Below, piece by piece: positions 26,699 to 41,192 of a DNA stretch of 64,000 bases (within the stretch, counting starts at the first letter, position 1; each line of letters begins with the position of its first letter). A program made the translations under genes and the position numbers. A model generated the notes under the pieces. That model saw only the letters and a program-made list of their open reading frames with translations. It ran no database searches and was not told the origin of the DNA. The stretch covers positions 244,404,001 through 244,468,000 of the forward strand of contig OZ024743.1 in assembly GCA_964016885.1 (NCBI GenBank), written 5' to 3'. This stretch comes from Eledone cirrhosa. Taxonomy: Eukaryota.

Positions 26699-27230
26699 TT
26701 TGTATGTTCACAATAAGCGGTTGTCTTATGCCGGATTATATTCATTATACCAATTGATATCTTTGTTTAATATATTGGTTGAGACAGCTGACGCCTTTCA
26801 CTCTCAATGTTTTCATATGCCAAACTGTAATTAAAGGAAACTCTGGCAAGAATTAACAAATGTTCTTGCCAAGAATTCGCTACCAACGAACGAATCCAAT
26901 GACCCGGACATTAACAAGAGAGAGAGGGGGAAGGGGGCGTGTCAGTTGTTAATTAATAATAAATAACTTACTAAATATATTAGTATCATTACTTTTTGTT
27001 GCTTCTAATACTACTAATCGCGCGCGCACATATGTATGTATGTATGTATGTATGTATGCTCTATAGATATATTCGTTAATGGCGGCAAATTACTGAGGTT
27101 ATAACGTCAGATAAAATGCATTACGGTATTTCTTCAGCTCTTTGGGCTCTGAGTTCAAATGCCGCCGAGGTCAAATTTGCTTCTTTTCATCTTTTCGGAA
27201 TTGACAAAGTACCAGTTCAGTGGTAGGGGA

Positions 27231-27268
<38 letters not shown>

Positions 27269-28260
27269 ATGGCTAGACATGTAGAAAGATAGGCTCAGGC
27301 AGATCTAAAATGTCCATGTCACTCTGGTGTCCTTGCGATTCAATTAACAGGTGAAGGGCCCAAGGAAAGGAAGAATAGGACATATATGCATACGCGGAGT
27401 GGATTTGGAATGGGTCTCCGTCTTTTATGACGGTGAGTGTTCCACCTGTTCGTGAAATTGCCGTTTAAGTGTCTAACCATTTCATAGATACATGAACCCT
27501 TGATACTAAAGGAGGTTTAATGTGACACAGTGTGTGACGAATCGGCCTTTTGAATAACAGGTAGAGTCCATCTGACCAGCTTCCAAACTGATTCGGTTTT
27601 TACGAAGTTTTACCCATAAGGCAGTTGCCGAAGTAGGTTGAACCCATGCATGACATAATGATTATGAAGCAAACTTATTAACTATTCAACTATGCCTGTA
27701 TCTATATGTACATGGTCTTTTGATATTAAATGTGTTGATGATTTTTTTTTAAAATATATATTTATTAGATTAGGGAGCAACTATTAAGGCTAGGTACATT
27801 CTATGTTAGGGAGGTGTAGTAGTCTTTTATGACTAGGAAGTCATCTTTACCTTTCATACAGTCGAAGTCGATAAAAAAGTACCACGAGTACTGGGATCGA
27901 TTCTTCCTCTTTATCTCTTTCTCACTTCCATTCTCTCACCTTCTATCCTTCTCTGGAAGAAATTTGCTGTATTCAGACCTGGAGAGAAGATGGGTTCCAC
28001 CAGGTCAAAAAATAAAATGCTCTAGAAACGCCGTATGTTAATGCGACACCCTTACAACTCCCTCGGGAGTTACGGGTCCATATATACATAGAGATTATAT
28101 AAAAGGAAGTTGTGGTTGCCATGTACTAATAGATAAAGACTATCTAAGAGGTATTTGGTCGCCCTTTAGTATTACTAATCGTAAACAAGGATAGTTCATA
28201 TCGAATATATATTTTTACAGTAGAAAACTTGAAGATATTTTTCATACTTTTCATGTCTTG

Positions 28261-28316
<56 letters not shown>

Positions 28317-29265
28317 AATATAAACAGTGTGTCCAACAAGAAGGTAAAGAGTACTCAATGCAGAAAGAGTTATATGATTTTTATTGAAAACTGAAAACTT
28401 CACAGGTCGTTAATCCCAGTTTCTTGTTTCCAAACACACACACACTCTCTCTATATATATATTTATATACACACACACACACACATATATATATATAGTG
28501 TGTGTGTATGGGGGGGGGGGGGGGTCACATGCCACATAAATCTTTATTCCAGCACCGTATTATAAGACTAGAGTCCCAAGATATCACAAGCCGATGTACT
28601 TAACGCTCCTCGCAGCTTTAATGTTGCTCAAATAAGCTGCGCTACCACCATAATCGTTGAAATATTTCTCTGTACTACAGTGTTTCTGTGTGTGTAGATA
28701 TACATGAATGAAGGCACGTGGATTATTGGTTTAACTTTTCGACTTACGATTGTATGGTCAGGTGTTCAATTCCCGTCGATGTGTTGTGTTCTTGAGCACG
28801 ACATTTTATTTCACCCAACTGAAAAAAAACGAGTTATTCATGCTTTAAAGTGTCAGAAATTGTATATAGCTGAATCACCTGAGAACTATGTTAATGGTAC
28901 ACGTATTTGTGGAGGGCTCAATCACATTGATTTCACGTGCAGGCTGAAACACTCATCGTCGAAGTGCACGAAGGTCCAACACACACACAATTGTTCAGGG
29001 TGTGTGTATGTATAGGGAGCGTATACTTTTTCAGTTCTTTGTTGTCGTTGCTCAGAAACATGTAGTCTGACCTCCTCTTATGAGTTGATTTATTTGTTAT
29101 GTGCTTTTGTGTGTGTATGTGTGTGAATGCATACGTAGTGAATTACCAGTTCAATCTATAGTAAACAAAACTGCAGGATACTATTTAGTAATGGTTTTAT
29201 TTACATTCTACTAGTGAATAAATCTATGCAACTGTGATAAGCTGTACTTACAAATAGTACATATA

Positions 29266-29454
29266 ATAATTGTTTCTACTTTTGGCACGAGGCCAGCAAT
29301 TATCCAGTGCATTACTGGTACTTCATTTTATCGACCCCGTAAGGATGAAAGGCAAAGTTAACCTCGGCGGGATTTGAACTCAGAATGGCAAGGGCCGTAA
29401 CTCTATACGTCAAAGCATGGCGTCCGACCCTCTACCGATACTGCCAATCCACCG
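29266..29454 (-). mobile_element. Family A SINE (young subfamily)
   Basis: Near-identical to the 2545 and 25037 copies. Confidence 0.9.
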
Positions 29455-29504
29455 ATGAGGCTCCGTTTCGATATTAAGAAAATAATACAGAAATATAATA
29501 CATA

Positions 29505-29775
29505 CATACAGCTTTTTAATAAGCTGCCAAAAAATCTGAGAGATCTTTATAGTGTCCATATAGATGTTTTCAAGAGAGATCTCGACATTCTACTAACCAA
29601 GATCCCGGAAGAACCCACAGCACGAGGCGAGGCACAAATGAAAGCAGCAGCAACAAACTCCATTTTGCATCGGTGGCAAACTAGGGAAGGCTTGCAATAG
29701 AAAATGTAGCATCGGTGGCAGTGCCCCAGCATGGCCTCAGCCCATCGGCTGGAACACAAATAAGTAAAATACAGA
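29505..29775 (+). mobile_element. CR1/L2-group LINE 3' end (ORF2 C-terminus plus 3' UTR)
   Basis: QLFNKLPKNLRDL...DVFKRDLDILLTKIPEEP...AAATNSIL resembles the conserved CR1-group ORF2 tail (LFNxLP...FKxxLD...PDEP...SNSL). Confidence 0.75.
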
Positions 29776-30077
29776 AAAAATAATCCATGGGCTGTGGATA
29801 GGCGGGATCTATTTCGGCTCTATGAATTCTGGATTCACATCCCGCTCCCTGTTGCTGGAAAAGAAGTGACTCTCCTGGCAGGAGCTAAAACTAGCAGACA
29901 AAGAGTACCCTCTTCGCCAACAGGCAGGTATCTCCTGGGAAGTAATTGTGCCTAAAAAAAATTGATCCTCAAATACCAATTGAAACTTGTACATTGCGTT
30001 TCGTACTCTGATATCGGGAGAAATAACGATTAGAAAAGGTTTGCTTTTGAATTCGTGGGGTATTCGCAACCTATATG

Positions 30078-30272
30078 CAGACCTGTTAACCCTCCCCGTC
30101 TGACGGGAAGATCTTCCACCCACTTTGGGATGGGTGAGAGATGTCATCCCTTGTGAAAATGGGCATAACTTTCATTATGTAAAATCTCCTCATTTTGCCT
30201 CACTTCTCCCCGTTTTGGGGCACTTTCTTTCATGGTACTCTCCGTTTGGGTTTTTAGAGATTGGCCGGTTTT
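30078..30272 (+). mobile_element. CAGACCTG-TIR MITE copy
   Basis: Same body as the 17878, 42786, 43068 and 50445 copies. Confidence 0.8.
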
Positions 30273-31337
30273 AATATGTTGTGAATTTATACTGTGTGCG
30301 TGTATCTGTCAGTTTGCGAGATTACTCTCTGTGTGTGTACGCTGTGGCACAATTCTTCAAAATACTGTAGTTAATAAACTCAGAGAAATGCATTAATTCC
30401 ACTATCGATAAAATATGAATACATTTGGAAAGCAGTGGTTACCTTTGATGTATATATTACCGTTGTTGGTGTGTGACACCAGGCTAGGCTTCTTCCAGCA
30501 GAACTATAGTCAAAGGTACTCCAGTCATAGGCAAGCTATCCTTATTCATACATAGAGTATCAAGAACTATATTATTTTCTAATACAATAGCATGTGACTT
30601 GAGGGTTAAGAAAGGTTTCTGAAATTATCCTTAATTCGGGAGAACAAAGTAGCTTCCTAAAAAGAAATCATAGTACGAAACACACACACACACACACACT
30701 ACGAGTATAATTTACCATATTTTATTCACAAGCTATTGGTGAACTCGAAACCACGTGATTGAGTGTGTGTCTACCAAAACGTACGCACAAAAAAATCAAC
30801 CTCCGGACCATTACAAGAGTTGTCATCAACCTATACTGGGTATATTTAGTAATGATAATGATGATGATGATGGCTCTATCAGACCTAATAAGCCAGTAAC
30901 TAGGTTTATAGCTACAAATCCGTCAGTTGAAATTATCTTCTCTAATTCCTGGGACGTGTCTGTTCCATGCTCAATACTGCGATATAGGCTACAAAAATTC
31001 CTTTTCTTTTTTATTAAGGTTCACAGGAGAGAGAGAGGGGAGTATGAGCGAGCATTTACATACACACACTAACCCTTTCATTACCGTATTTCTAATGAAA
31101 GACACTGCCTATAATCAGGAATTTGGAAGTGTTTAGTAATATAACCTAATTTACATACGTATATGTGTGTTGTGTTTGGAACATAACTTAAAGGTCCTTA
31201 TATAAAACAACAGTGGAAGTTATTTTAGAGGAATATAAACACTTTAAAACAGATTTTGTATCATAAAATCAGAGACGGTTTAATATTAAAGGGGTATATT
31301 GTACACACACACACACATATATGTGTGTATGTGTGCG

Positions 31338-33452
31338 TGATCTCTTCTGTTCAGTTCTGGATGTTTGTGTTAAGAGAGGGACTGAGCTGTCAACTGATCA
31401 CCATCTAGTTATCTGCAATATGAGACTACTTAAAATCAAGAAACCCCACAAAACTGACGTGTCCAGCATGATCTACAGGATAAAGTGAAAACCGCTGGCA
31501 GATAAGGATGTCAGGAACATGTTTGTGGATACTATTGCGTCCAAATTCAGAGAAATCCCTGAGTAAACTGAGGATGTAGAAACGGGGTGGAGACTATTAA
31601 GCTTGGCAGTTTCTGCTTCAGCTGTTAAATGCTGCGGGCGGAAGCTATACAGTATGGTGCCGGGTGGCAGGAGGATCCCTTGGTTCAATCAAGGGGTCAA
31701 AGATGCTGAGCAAAGAAAAAGGCTTACAAATCTTGGCTTTTAAATAAGTCCTCCTTCTTGCACTTGCGGTACAATCAAGTGTGAAAAGCCGCAGCAGCTA
31801 CAGTAAAGGAGTTCAAAGTTAAGACATGGGAGGACTTTGGGGTTAAGCTGAAATTCAACTTCAGATCAGTTTTCTGGCAGACCATCCGCCGACTTCGTAA
31901 TAAAAAGTCCCCCTCCATGCCTGCAATCAGGAACACGTCTGGGGTTCTCTTCTCTTTAGAGAGGTGCATCCTCGCGAGGGGAAGAGAATACTTTCATGAT
32001 ATACTAAACTCGGTCACAACAGCATCTTCACATGTACATGTGGTGCATGTGGGGCAATGATAAATCTCTCGGAGATTGAGGTCACAAGACAAATTCAAGA
32101 GCCGAAATGCGGCAAATGTGCTAGGTGGCTTGGATCTCTGGAAATGCGCCTAAGCAATGGCAATGTGGAGTGGTAATCCCGATTTTCAAAAATGTGAGAC
32201 AAGAGAGATTTCTCCAATTATAGAGGGATCACCTTGTTAAGCCTCTCCGGAAAAGTATATGCTAAGTGTTTGGCAAATAGATATAAGGGGATTGTCGAGT
32301 CTAAGCTAGCCGACAAACTGTTTTGTTTTCGACCCAGATGCAACACAGCCGACAAAAATATTCACAGGTCTTTCAGAAATCATGGGAGCATTGCCATGAG
32401 GTATATTCTTGTTTCGAAAATGCATATAACCGCATTCCACGGGACCTATTATTGAAGGTTCTGCGGGAATATGGGCTCGATGGACAGCTTCTGGTAACCA
32501 TAATATCTCTATATGAATACCCAAGTAGTTGAGTTCGGATAAATGGTAGTAAGTTGAAACCATTCAGTGTCGGACGCCGCCAAGGGTGCGTACTGTCCCC
32601 TCTCCTGTTCATAATCCTCACGGAGAAGATTGACATACGCAACCGAGTTGGAAGTGGTATCGAGACTGGTGGGTGTAGGATCAGTTAGGAGGATTTTGCA
32701 AACGACTTGTTATTACTTAACTCGTCAGGTGAACTTCAACATGCATTTGATAGGTTTGTTACCGAGTGCTGAACAGCTGGAATGAAAATCAATGGTGCAA
32801 AGACTGGGACCCTTGTCCTCTCAATGAAGCTTGCTCTGTGCACTCTACGTGAGTGGGGTTTCACTGAAACATGTGAAGAAGTTCAAGTATCTCGGGATCC
32901 TGTTCACGAGTGATGGAAGGCAGGAGGCTGAATTATGTGCAAGAATTTCAGAAGCTGGTGCACAAAAGCGCCACCTTCAGCCTTCGGTCATCAGAAGAAG
33001 GGTGGTAGGTGTAAAAGCCAAACTTGGTATTTGTGCTAACCGTTACCTATTGTCATGAATCCTGGATAATGACGAAACGAATACAATCTCGAATACAAGC
33101 GGGTGAAATGGGATTCCTCCGAATGATCTTTGGAGTAACATTAATCGATAGAGTGCGTAGCTAGATCAGGGAGTCACTCCAGGTAGAGCCACTACTTCTC
33201 CGAATTGAGAGATCATAGCTCCGATATTACGGAGATGTGGTTAGAATGTTTCAGGAAAGAATGGTTGGGCAGATTTTACGGTTAAAACCAGCCGATAAAG
33301 ATAGTTGGATAACATCAAAGAGCTTGGTTGATTTCACTTGAGGATCCAGTTTGATCAGTTGGAGAGGGTTGCTCCTGACAACCCTCTCGTTGGCAGGCGT
33401 GTTTGAGGACCCTTCTCCGATGCCCCTCCCAGGAATAAGTGGGCGAAGAAGA
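31338..33452 (+). mobile_element. Degenerate RTE-clade LINE (end of APE endonuclease, RT and 3' tail), with many frameshifts and stops
   Basis: DVCVKRGTELSTDHHLV (APE end), VVIPIFK..SNYRGITLLSLSGKVYAK, YNRIPR, RQGCVLSPLLF, FANDL, FKYLG. Ends in a gaagaaga tail. Confidence 0.92.
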
Positions 33453-34380
33453 TATATATATGTATATATTTATACATGTCCATATAAACACACACACACA
33501 CACACACGCACACGCACACGCACACGCACACACACACATATATATTATATTATATTATATTATATTATATTATATTATATTATATTATATTATATGCATT
33601 GTATAATTGTAGTCTCTGGCATGGTAGTAGAGCGGTTTAGAAGTTCGCTTCACTATCGTGAGGTCTTGGTTTTGATCCTACTGCGTGATCAATGGAAGCC
33701 GTGTGAGTGAAATTGCCTAGGCAGAAACTGTATGGAGGCCCCTTGGATGGATTATACTTGTCAATAAAAGAATGTGCTTTCTCCCATACTATATCTCACT
33801 GGTTCTGCATGAAGATTATTTTAAAGATACACGTGACTTGCACTACCAACTTTACCATTATGGTCAACTAAACAGCCACCAAGGGCGCAACAATTCAGAG
33901 GTGCATAACTAAACCTTATAGGATCACAGTTTTACACAAATTAGTATAATTAGCTTAAATATTTAATAATTCCCTGCAATCAATAAATAAATCATTAAAT
34001 GTCTTTTCCGCGAAGTAATGTGGAGGAAATATTCAAAGCGATGGAGAGGACCGTATGGTGATATAACATCTCACATGAATTATCTCGGGGGAGTGTGGAC
34101 TGTGCTGTGGAAAATTCAGGTTCGTGAGCTTGCCAAACTGTAAGTTGAAATGATTTTATCTGGGAGACTCAATCGCATAACTGGGAGGATGCGCGCACTA
34201 TCGAGCTAGTTTGGGCGTTAAATATCCAGGCGCTGGCTCTGCGTGGCTGTGGAATACTCAATCATTTACACAATCGTTCAATGAGTAGATAGTTCAGTTA
34301 TTCAAACAACTACAATACTCATCGATTAAAATGGTGTAGATCCATTTACATATACATATATGTGTATGAGTGTTAGGATT

Positions 34381-34416
<36 letters not shown>

Positions 34417-34424
<8 letters not shown>

Positions 34425-34752
34425 AGATCAAAAGATGGTTAAAGGAGTTCCATATATTTTATTATGCGCATTTCAAAAACAAACATCATCAAGCAATAAT
34501 ATTTGTGTTTTCATCAGATAAAACAGGAGAACATGATATGAAGGCTAAAAAACACTTGTGAATGGTGCAGTTTTAAATCAACATATGTTGATTTAAAACT
34601 GCACTATCCACAAGTGTTTTTTAGCCTTCATATCATGTTCTCCTGTTTTATCTGATGAAAACACAAATATTATTGCTTGATGATGTTTGTTTTTGAAATG
34701 CGCATAATAAAATATATGGAACTCCTTTAACCATCTTTTGATCTTATATTAT
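34417..34752. repeat. 336-bp near-perfect spacerless palindrome carrying two opposed hammerheads
   Basis: Centre between 34584 and 34585 (acat|atgt). I saw only about 2 mismatches between the arms. Confidence 0.95.
34646..34712 (+). ncRNA. Type I hammerhead ribozyme (family H2); antisense twin at 34457-34523(-)
   Basis: uuuuau-CUGAUGA-aaacacaaaua...uguuuguuuuu-GAA-AUGCGCAU-A^auaaaa. Predicted cleavage after 34706. Confidence 0.8.
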
Positions 34753-34838
34753 GCATACTCCAGTCCCACAAACTGTAGAGTGCTTCTTATCCGATATCTG
34801 CATTGCTTTATTGTACTACAATAAAACTCACCTCCTAC

Positions 34839-34889
<51 letters not shown>

Positions 34890-35050
34890 CAAAAACCAAA
34901 GAAAGTGTGTTAAGAAACCAGGTGGACCATAACGCACCTGAGTACTCGATACTTAGGGTAGTAGAGTGGGTAATAGGAAAAGAGTCAGGACCCCGACGGC
35001 TGGGCTCCGGCCGTTTCGACTGCTAGATCCGAACGCATCGGATCTATCTA

Positions 35051-35165
<115 letters not shown>

Positions 35166-36606
35166 GCACCACCCCCTCCTCGATATAGATATATCACTTG
35201 AAGCTATGGGCCCAACTGATAGTGTGTAGTAATGATTCATTAAGGAAATGTAGTCAGTGGCTGCCGTATTTAATCATATATCAAAAACTACCTCAGCAAA
35301 TAGCGAAACTTCTCTTCAATCATTCCCCTGTGTTGAGGTCACAGTTCAGTTAGTGTAAATACCGGAGGATGAGGGGACTGTTTGAAGTTGTCAAGACAGC
35401 ATATATCTCGTTTATTTTCAACACCTAAGTAAGTCGAGAAGGGTGGCGGCCAAAATCAGAGATTGCCAGTTAAGTGTGAAGCAGTTTCGAATATTCATTC
35501 TTGCGTATCTCACAAAGCGTTTGCCAATCTTGAGAGAAGGAGCCCCATGATGTGTAAAGGCTGATGCAGCGGCGGTCGCTGGCTATCCTGCGCGACAACG
35601 CCTTCGTCATTTTGTCTGCGAAGCGCATCTGAGATATACCGCCTAGACTGGTGTCTAGTGTCAGCCGCTCCCCACTTTCCCTTACTTTCACTATTTAAAG
35701 GGTTTTTTTCTCTCTTTCTGTACTGTTGTATACATTTACAACAACAACAACAAAAAGAAAGAGATGAGAAAGAAAAAAAAACAAATAAATAGAGAATAAG
35801 TGATAAATAGCGATGGGGCTAACTGAGATTCAAGGTGGTGAATGTAACGTGGGTCGTAGAGACTCACTGGATTTGAGCCCTCCCATTTTGAAAGAGAATG
35901 CTTGACATATCGGGCATGAATCTAACAAATTTCTCATAGGCAAACTAAATTTAAAACTCACATACAGATGTCTACACATAGGTGTCTTTGTGTGTATCTG
36001 TGTGTGTGTGTGTGTGTGTTGAACATTTTCCTCCGCAATATCTAGAAAGGTGCATCCCACCTGAGGGATGAATTGCTGATGCAATGGGTGTCGCTGTCTG
36101 TTCTCCACGGGAATGCTTTCGTCATATTTTTCGCAGGGTACAATTGAGATATACCATCCAGCCAAGGTTGTAACCCCTCCCCTCCCTTGCCACTCTACTT
36201 TCATTATTTAACATTTCTTCCTTTCCTTTTTCTTCTCTATTTTCTCTCTTCCTGTTTATTATTTTAATGCTTTTCTTTAAATACTATCATCATTGTGTAC
36301 TTCTGATCACGAATAAATTGTAAGTCGTACCTTTAACAACAAAAATAAATAAAATATTTTTTTTTTAAATGAAAAGAAAAAAATTCAAAGGAAAAGCGTT
36401 CAAGCTTTTTCTAGTTAGGGGACCACACCCAGTTATATCAGCATTTTCTATATAAGATTGTTGACCGAGATGTATCGCTTTGTATATAGGATAGCAGGTG
36501 CTCATCAATATAGCAATGAAATCCTGAGATGCTTTGTAACCTATGGCCCCGCACACTTACACACACACACACACACATTGTCTCTCTCTCTCTCTCTGCA
36601 TGTATG

Positions 36607-36670
<64 letters not shown>

Positions 36671-37192
36671 CACACTGTTAATGTTCTGGGTTTCTAGAAT
36701 ATGCTTGTATTGTAGTTCATTTGATTCACGTCTGATGTCTAGAATTAGGTTTCAAAGCCAATGGAATTATACAGACAGACATCGTCCAGTGGAGACTGTA
36801 AAGTGATCGTATTGGTGTCACGACAAACACTGCCCAGTCCACACTATAAATCTGGTTAACGTTAGGAAGGGCAACCAGTCGTAGAAACCAAGTCAGAAAC
36901 AGTTCTGTATGACTATGACACGGTTATTTGACAACTTGTCTAACCCATGCTAGCGTGGAAAAATGGACGTTAAACGGTGATGATATATATATATTAGTTT
37001 AACAATGATAACAGAGGCAAGTTATTTTTCATATTTGATTCATTGTTTTACGATCGTTTCGGAGGGTTGATCATAGCAGGTGGTACTATTAAGTTAGACA
37101 TAGCCTGGGCCAATACTGGCCGAAACCTATCAAAGTTATAGCAGTTAGACAAATGTATACTATCAGACATGATATATGGGTTTGATCATACC

Positions 37193-37281
<89 letters not shown>

Positions 37282-37364
37282 AAAGTAAACAGAAATAACA
37301 ACACAATCGGTACAGTATATGGAAGGTATATATTAGGTTAACGCTTGATATAGCAGGAAGAGGG

Positions 37365-37400
37365 TCTTAACGTTTCGGACGCTAGTCCTTCATCAGAAGA
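37365..37400 (-). ncRNA. Minimal type I hammerhead (family H1), intact core
   Basis: ucuu-CUGAUGA-A-GGAC(UAGC)GUCC-GAAACGU-U^aaga, within a repeat at about 37283-37430 homologous to the arms at 40572-40891. Confidence 0.75.
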
Positions 37401-37759
37401 AAGAATGAGAAATAAGACAGATTGAGAGGACGGGCGGGTTGGAATTGGAAAAAATGTCTTTAGATAAAAATAACAGGTTCATTAATGTTGACATCTCTTG
37501 GAAAACTGTTGGTGCTGGCGTTTTGTGTATGATTTATTTTTTAGAAAAGTGGATGATGGAGCGCTTCTACCTGAAATGGAAAAAAAACGTTTTGTAAAAA
37601 TAGCTATACTTGATCACGTGCGTAAGCATGTGTGTGTGTTATTATACGTCCGTACGAAGCTAAGAAGAAATGTGTGTGTATATGTAAGTAAAAGAGTGTG
37701 TACTTCATACAATTAAGTTCACATGAAGATATATCACTATCTTAACACCAAATATTATA

Positions 37760-37816
37760 TTTTATCTGACGAAAGCGTACTTAAATATTAGTACCCTTGA
37801 AATACGTATAATAAAA
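37760..37816 (+). ncRNA. Type I hammerhead (family H2), solo copy
   Basis: uuuuau-CUGACGA-aagcguacu(uaaauauu)aguacccuu-GAA-AUACGUAU-A^auaaaa. (TA)n starts about 45 nt downstream. Confidence 0.8.
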
Positions 37817-37857
37817 TAAATATGGTTTTATAAAGATATTTTCAATTTATTAATATT

Positions 37858-37970
<113 letters not shown>

Positions 37971-38394
37971 TGTGTGTGTATAATGGGGGTGTACATGAAA
38001 TTATATGCGATACGTTTATGCATAATAAACATATAAGAGCCTCACTATAAAAGTTTTAAAATATCATGTCAACTATTTCAATAACCGGTGAGAATATCAG
38101 ACAGCTGTTCTAGAATTTTTCTTCGTCATCGTTGACATTTACTCACTCGGAAATGAGACAAGCAGGATAAAGCCTGTACGTTGTTTCTCTTTTCGTTTCT
38201 GTATGAAACATCGTGGAGATGCTCGTTTGCGTATAGTGCGAACTTGGCTGGCTATGATTAATTAGCAATAGCACTAACATAGCATAGCTTATAACAGGGA
38301 TGTATATGAAAGCATATTTACTAAGTTTATGTATGTTATACATACGAGAGTCTTGCTATGAACATTTTAAACTATAATTATGTCACAGCTATCT

Positions 38395-38690
38395 CAGCCA
38401 AATTCTCTTGGGAGTGGGTGCTCAGAGACCTCAGACCCGCTCTCCCGACAGAAGCAACTATCTCACCCTTATCTAGCTGGATCTTCAAGCGAGACCAACC
38501 GAACTTGTGGATGTTATGCAACCATCTTGTGCGTAAAATCTCTCTTGGGACTCTTTCCTTAGGTATTCTAACCACACGTTCTTAATACTGAAGCTGTGAT
38601 TTCTCGACGCAGAGAAGTAGTGGTTCTGCCTGGGGTAAGTCTCTGATCTCCGAGCTACGCACCATATCGAGTAACGTTAGTCCCAAAACC
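38395..38690 (-). mobile_element. RTE LINE 3' fragment
   Basis: Minus translation VRSSEIRD...VVRIPKERVPREIL..RTRWLHNIHKFGWSRL is homologous to the 3' ends of the 31338 and 55016 copies. Confidence 0.75.
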
Positions 38691-40400
38691 CTTCAGTTGA
38701 TAAGTTAATATATGATATTATTCAATAGGTTTCTTACCTTTAAACATTAATATTTTGAAATAGCATGCAACCTACATTTTAAAAATTCCACTTAGAGATC
38801 TCCTTTAAGGTACAAACGTGTATGGAACACTCGGCCACACTGATTTCTTTAAAGGTACAAGTGTCTGATTCTAACTGGGGCTGTCCCTATAAGCACAAGT
38901 GTTTATGAAATACTCAAACTCATACAAATGCAAAGAAATTTACAGCTCACACTTATATAGGTTTAGCTGGCCTCGTACGAGGTTGCATCTAACATACGAT
39001 TTCTCGGGTACTTTAATGCTAGGGGCCCTCAGTCTTTTGAAGAAAAGCAACATAAAACAAAGTGCCTTACTCTAGAACAAACAATGAACCGCCTGGTCCA
39101 GGAATCGAAAGCACAACCCTTTGATCGACACCCTAACGACGAGGTCACTCGGCTTCACATACACTGTAGTTGATCGAACTGTTAGGATAGTTTCGATCCA
39201 AATCGACATGTGTGAGTGTGCGTAAGTTCAAATTCAGTTTATATTTTTCATTCACTTCCTCATTATCATTCTCATGATGATAGTGTTGGTTGTGATGATG
39301 ATGAGATGGAAGATAATATGATGACGATGATCTCATCATTATCATCATCATCAATATCAATATTATCCATGTAGAAAAGGGAGAGAAAAATAAAGAGGGA
39401 GAAACATTTAGCCGCCGTGGTGAGAGAGGGAATGTGGTTAGGTGGTGGTGGTAGTGGTGATGGGATAGAATGAATGAGTATTTAGTTTATCGAGTCAAAG
39501 CCCCAGAGAGCCCTCCATATGGATATATAGATGTGGAAGATCATCAGGCACGGCTGATATTATTAAGTCTGGGGCTGGGGCTGGGGCTGGGGCTGGTGTT
39601 AGGAGATGGTGGAAGTGGCAGCAGGGTGGTAGTGGTGGTGTAGAGATTTAGTTCAAGGCGGCGACTGAAGAACTCGGCACTAAAAATATACACGTTTGTC
39701 ACGTGCCGATTCGTTTTTTTATTTTTTTATTTTCACGAGGGCCCCCTCCACCCTAGCAGCCCCACTCCAATCCTCCACCCAATCCAACCCCATCTAACGC
39801 TAGAAATATTTCCAAGATGACAGACTACTGCCTTTACCCCCTGCTGACCCCGAAAGCTTTATATATATATTTTTCTTTTTTTACTTTGTTACTTTATTTT
39901 TACTATGCCGGGGCGAATCCCCACTCGCTTGACCCGACACGAATAGTAGCAACTCTACACGCGCTGACCTGTGAATGGCATTCCCACCCTCCCCTCCACC
40001 ACATTGCCCCACCCTCTGTCCCTCCCACACCGACCACACTATTTTCTTTATCAACTTGAAAAATATATTCACTAGTGCACGCGCACCTTCGTCAGCATGT
40101 GTGTGCACACACAAACCACACTTACATACTTACCAATACGGGTTTACACGTGTGTGTAACGTTGTGTATATTTGTTTATACATATACTTATATATGTGTG
40201 CACGTATATTTTCCTTTTTTCTTTTACTGGTTTCTATCATTAGGATGCTGCCAAACTGGAGCACTCGTATCAATGGATTGTAGTCGATCATATCGACTCC
40301 ATTACTGTTTTTTCAGGTCCGGCATTTATTTTATCGACCTCTATTTGCCAAATCGCTAGGTTTCGGGATACAAACAACAAACAAATCACACACACACGCA

Positions 40401-40453
<53 letters not shown>

Positions 40454-40571
40454 TTGTGTGTGTACATACATTAAGGTTTTTCATTAATTATGTTGATCAC
40501 TGGAGGAGGTACCATTATAAGCACGTGTGGTTTTTTTCTCCTTTTTTTCCCTCAGTTTCCCCGTTCCTTCC

Positions 40572-40887
40572 TTTAATCACTCTTTATTTATCTTCTATTT
40601 ATAACTCTATCTTCTGATGATGGACTAGTGTTCGAAACGTGAAGACTCTCTTCCTGCTACTTCAAGTGTTAAACTAATATATTTCTTTCATATACTGTGC
40701 CGTTTGTTTTGTTATTTTTGTTTATATATGTTAAACAGAAATAACAAAATAAACGGCACAGTATATGGAAGAAATATATTAGTTTAACACTTGAAATAGC
40801 AGGAAGAGAGTCTTCACGTTTCGGACACTAGTCCTTCACCTGAAGATAGAGTTAGAAATAGAAGATAAATGGAAAGTAAAGAGTGAT

Positions 40888-40891
<4 letters not shown>
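40572..40891. mobile_element. Tail-to-tail inverted pair of H1 hammerhead-bearing pLTR-like units
   Basis: Arms of about 150 bp. The + motif is at 40610-40645 (H17=G); the - motif at about 40811-40846 has a mutated core (CAGGUGA). The right arm is followed by (TA)n. Confidence 0.8.
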
Positions 40892-40926
<35 letters not shown>

Positions 40927-41009
40927 ATAATAATAAATTTGAAGACTAAAATCCAAAGAGGGCTCGATAAGGATAAATATATATCAGATATATAAGAACC
41001 GTAGAGCAA

Positions 41010-41135
41010 ATATTTATTAAAATAACAGATTAAAGCTTAAGCAAAGAATCGCTGCTTTCACCCTTAACAGGATCTTCTGAAACCGTTATAGGTGAAAGCA
41101 GCGATTCTTTGCTTAAACTTTAATCTGTTATTTTA

Positions 41136-41143
<8 letters not shown>
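41010..41143. repeat. Inverted repeat (arms about 53 bp) between (TA)n tracts
   Basis: atatttattaaaataacagattaaag...ctttcacc and ggtgaaag...ttaataaatat. Related sequence at about 21200-21247. Confidence 0.85.

Positions 41144-41192
<49 letters not shown>

Noticed and set aside
35470-35691. GC-richer minus ORF of 73 aa
   Set aside because: No recognisable domain or splice signals.
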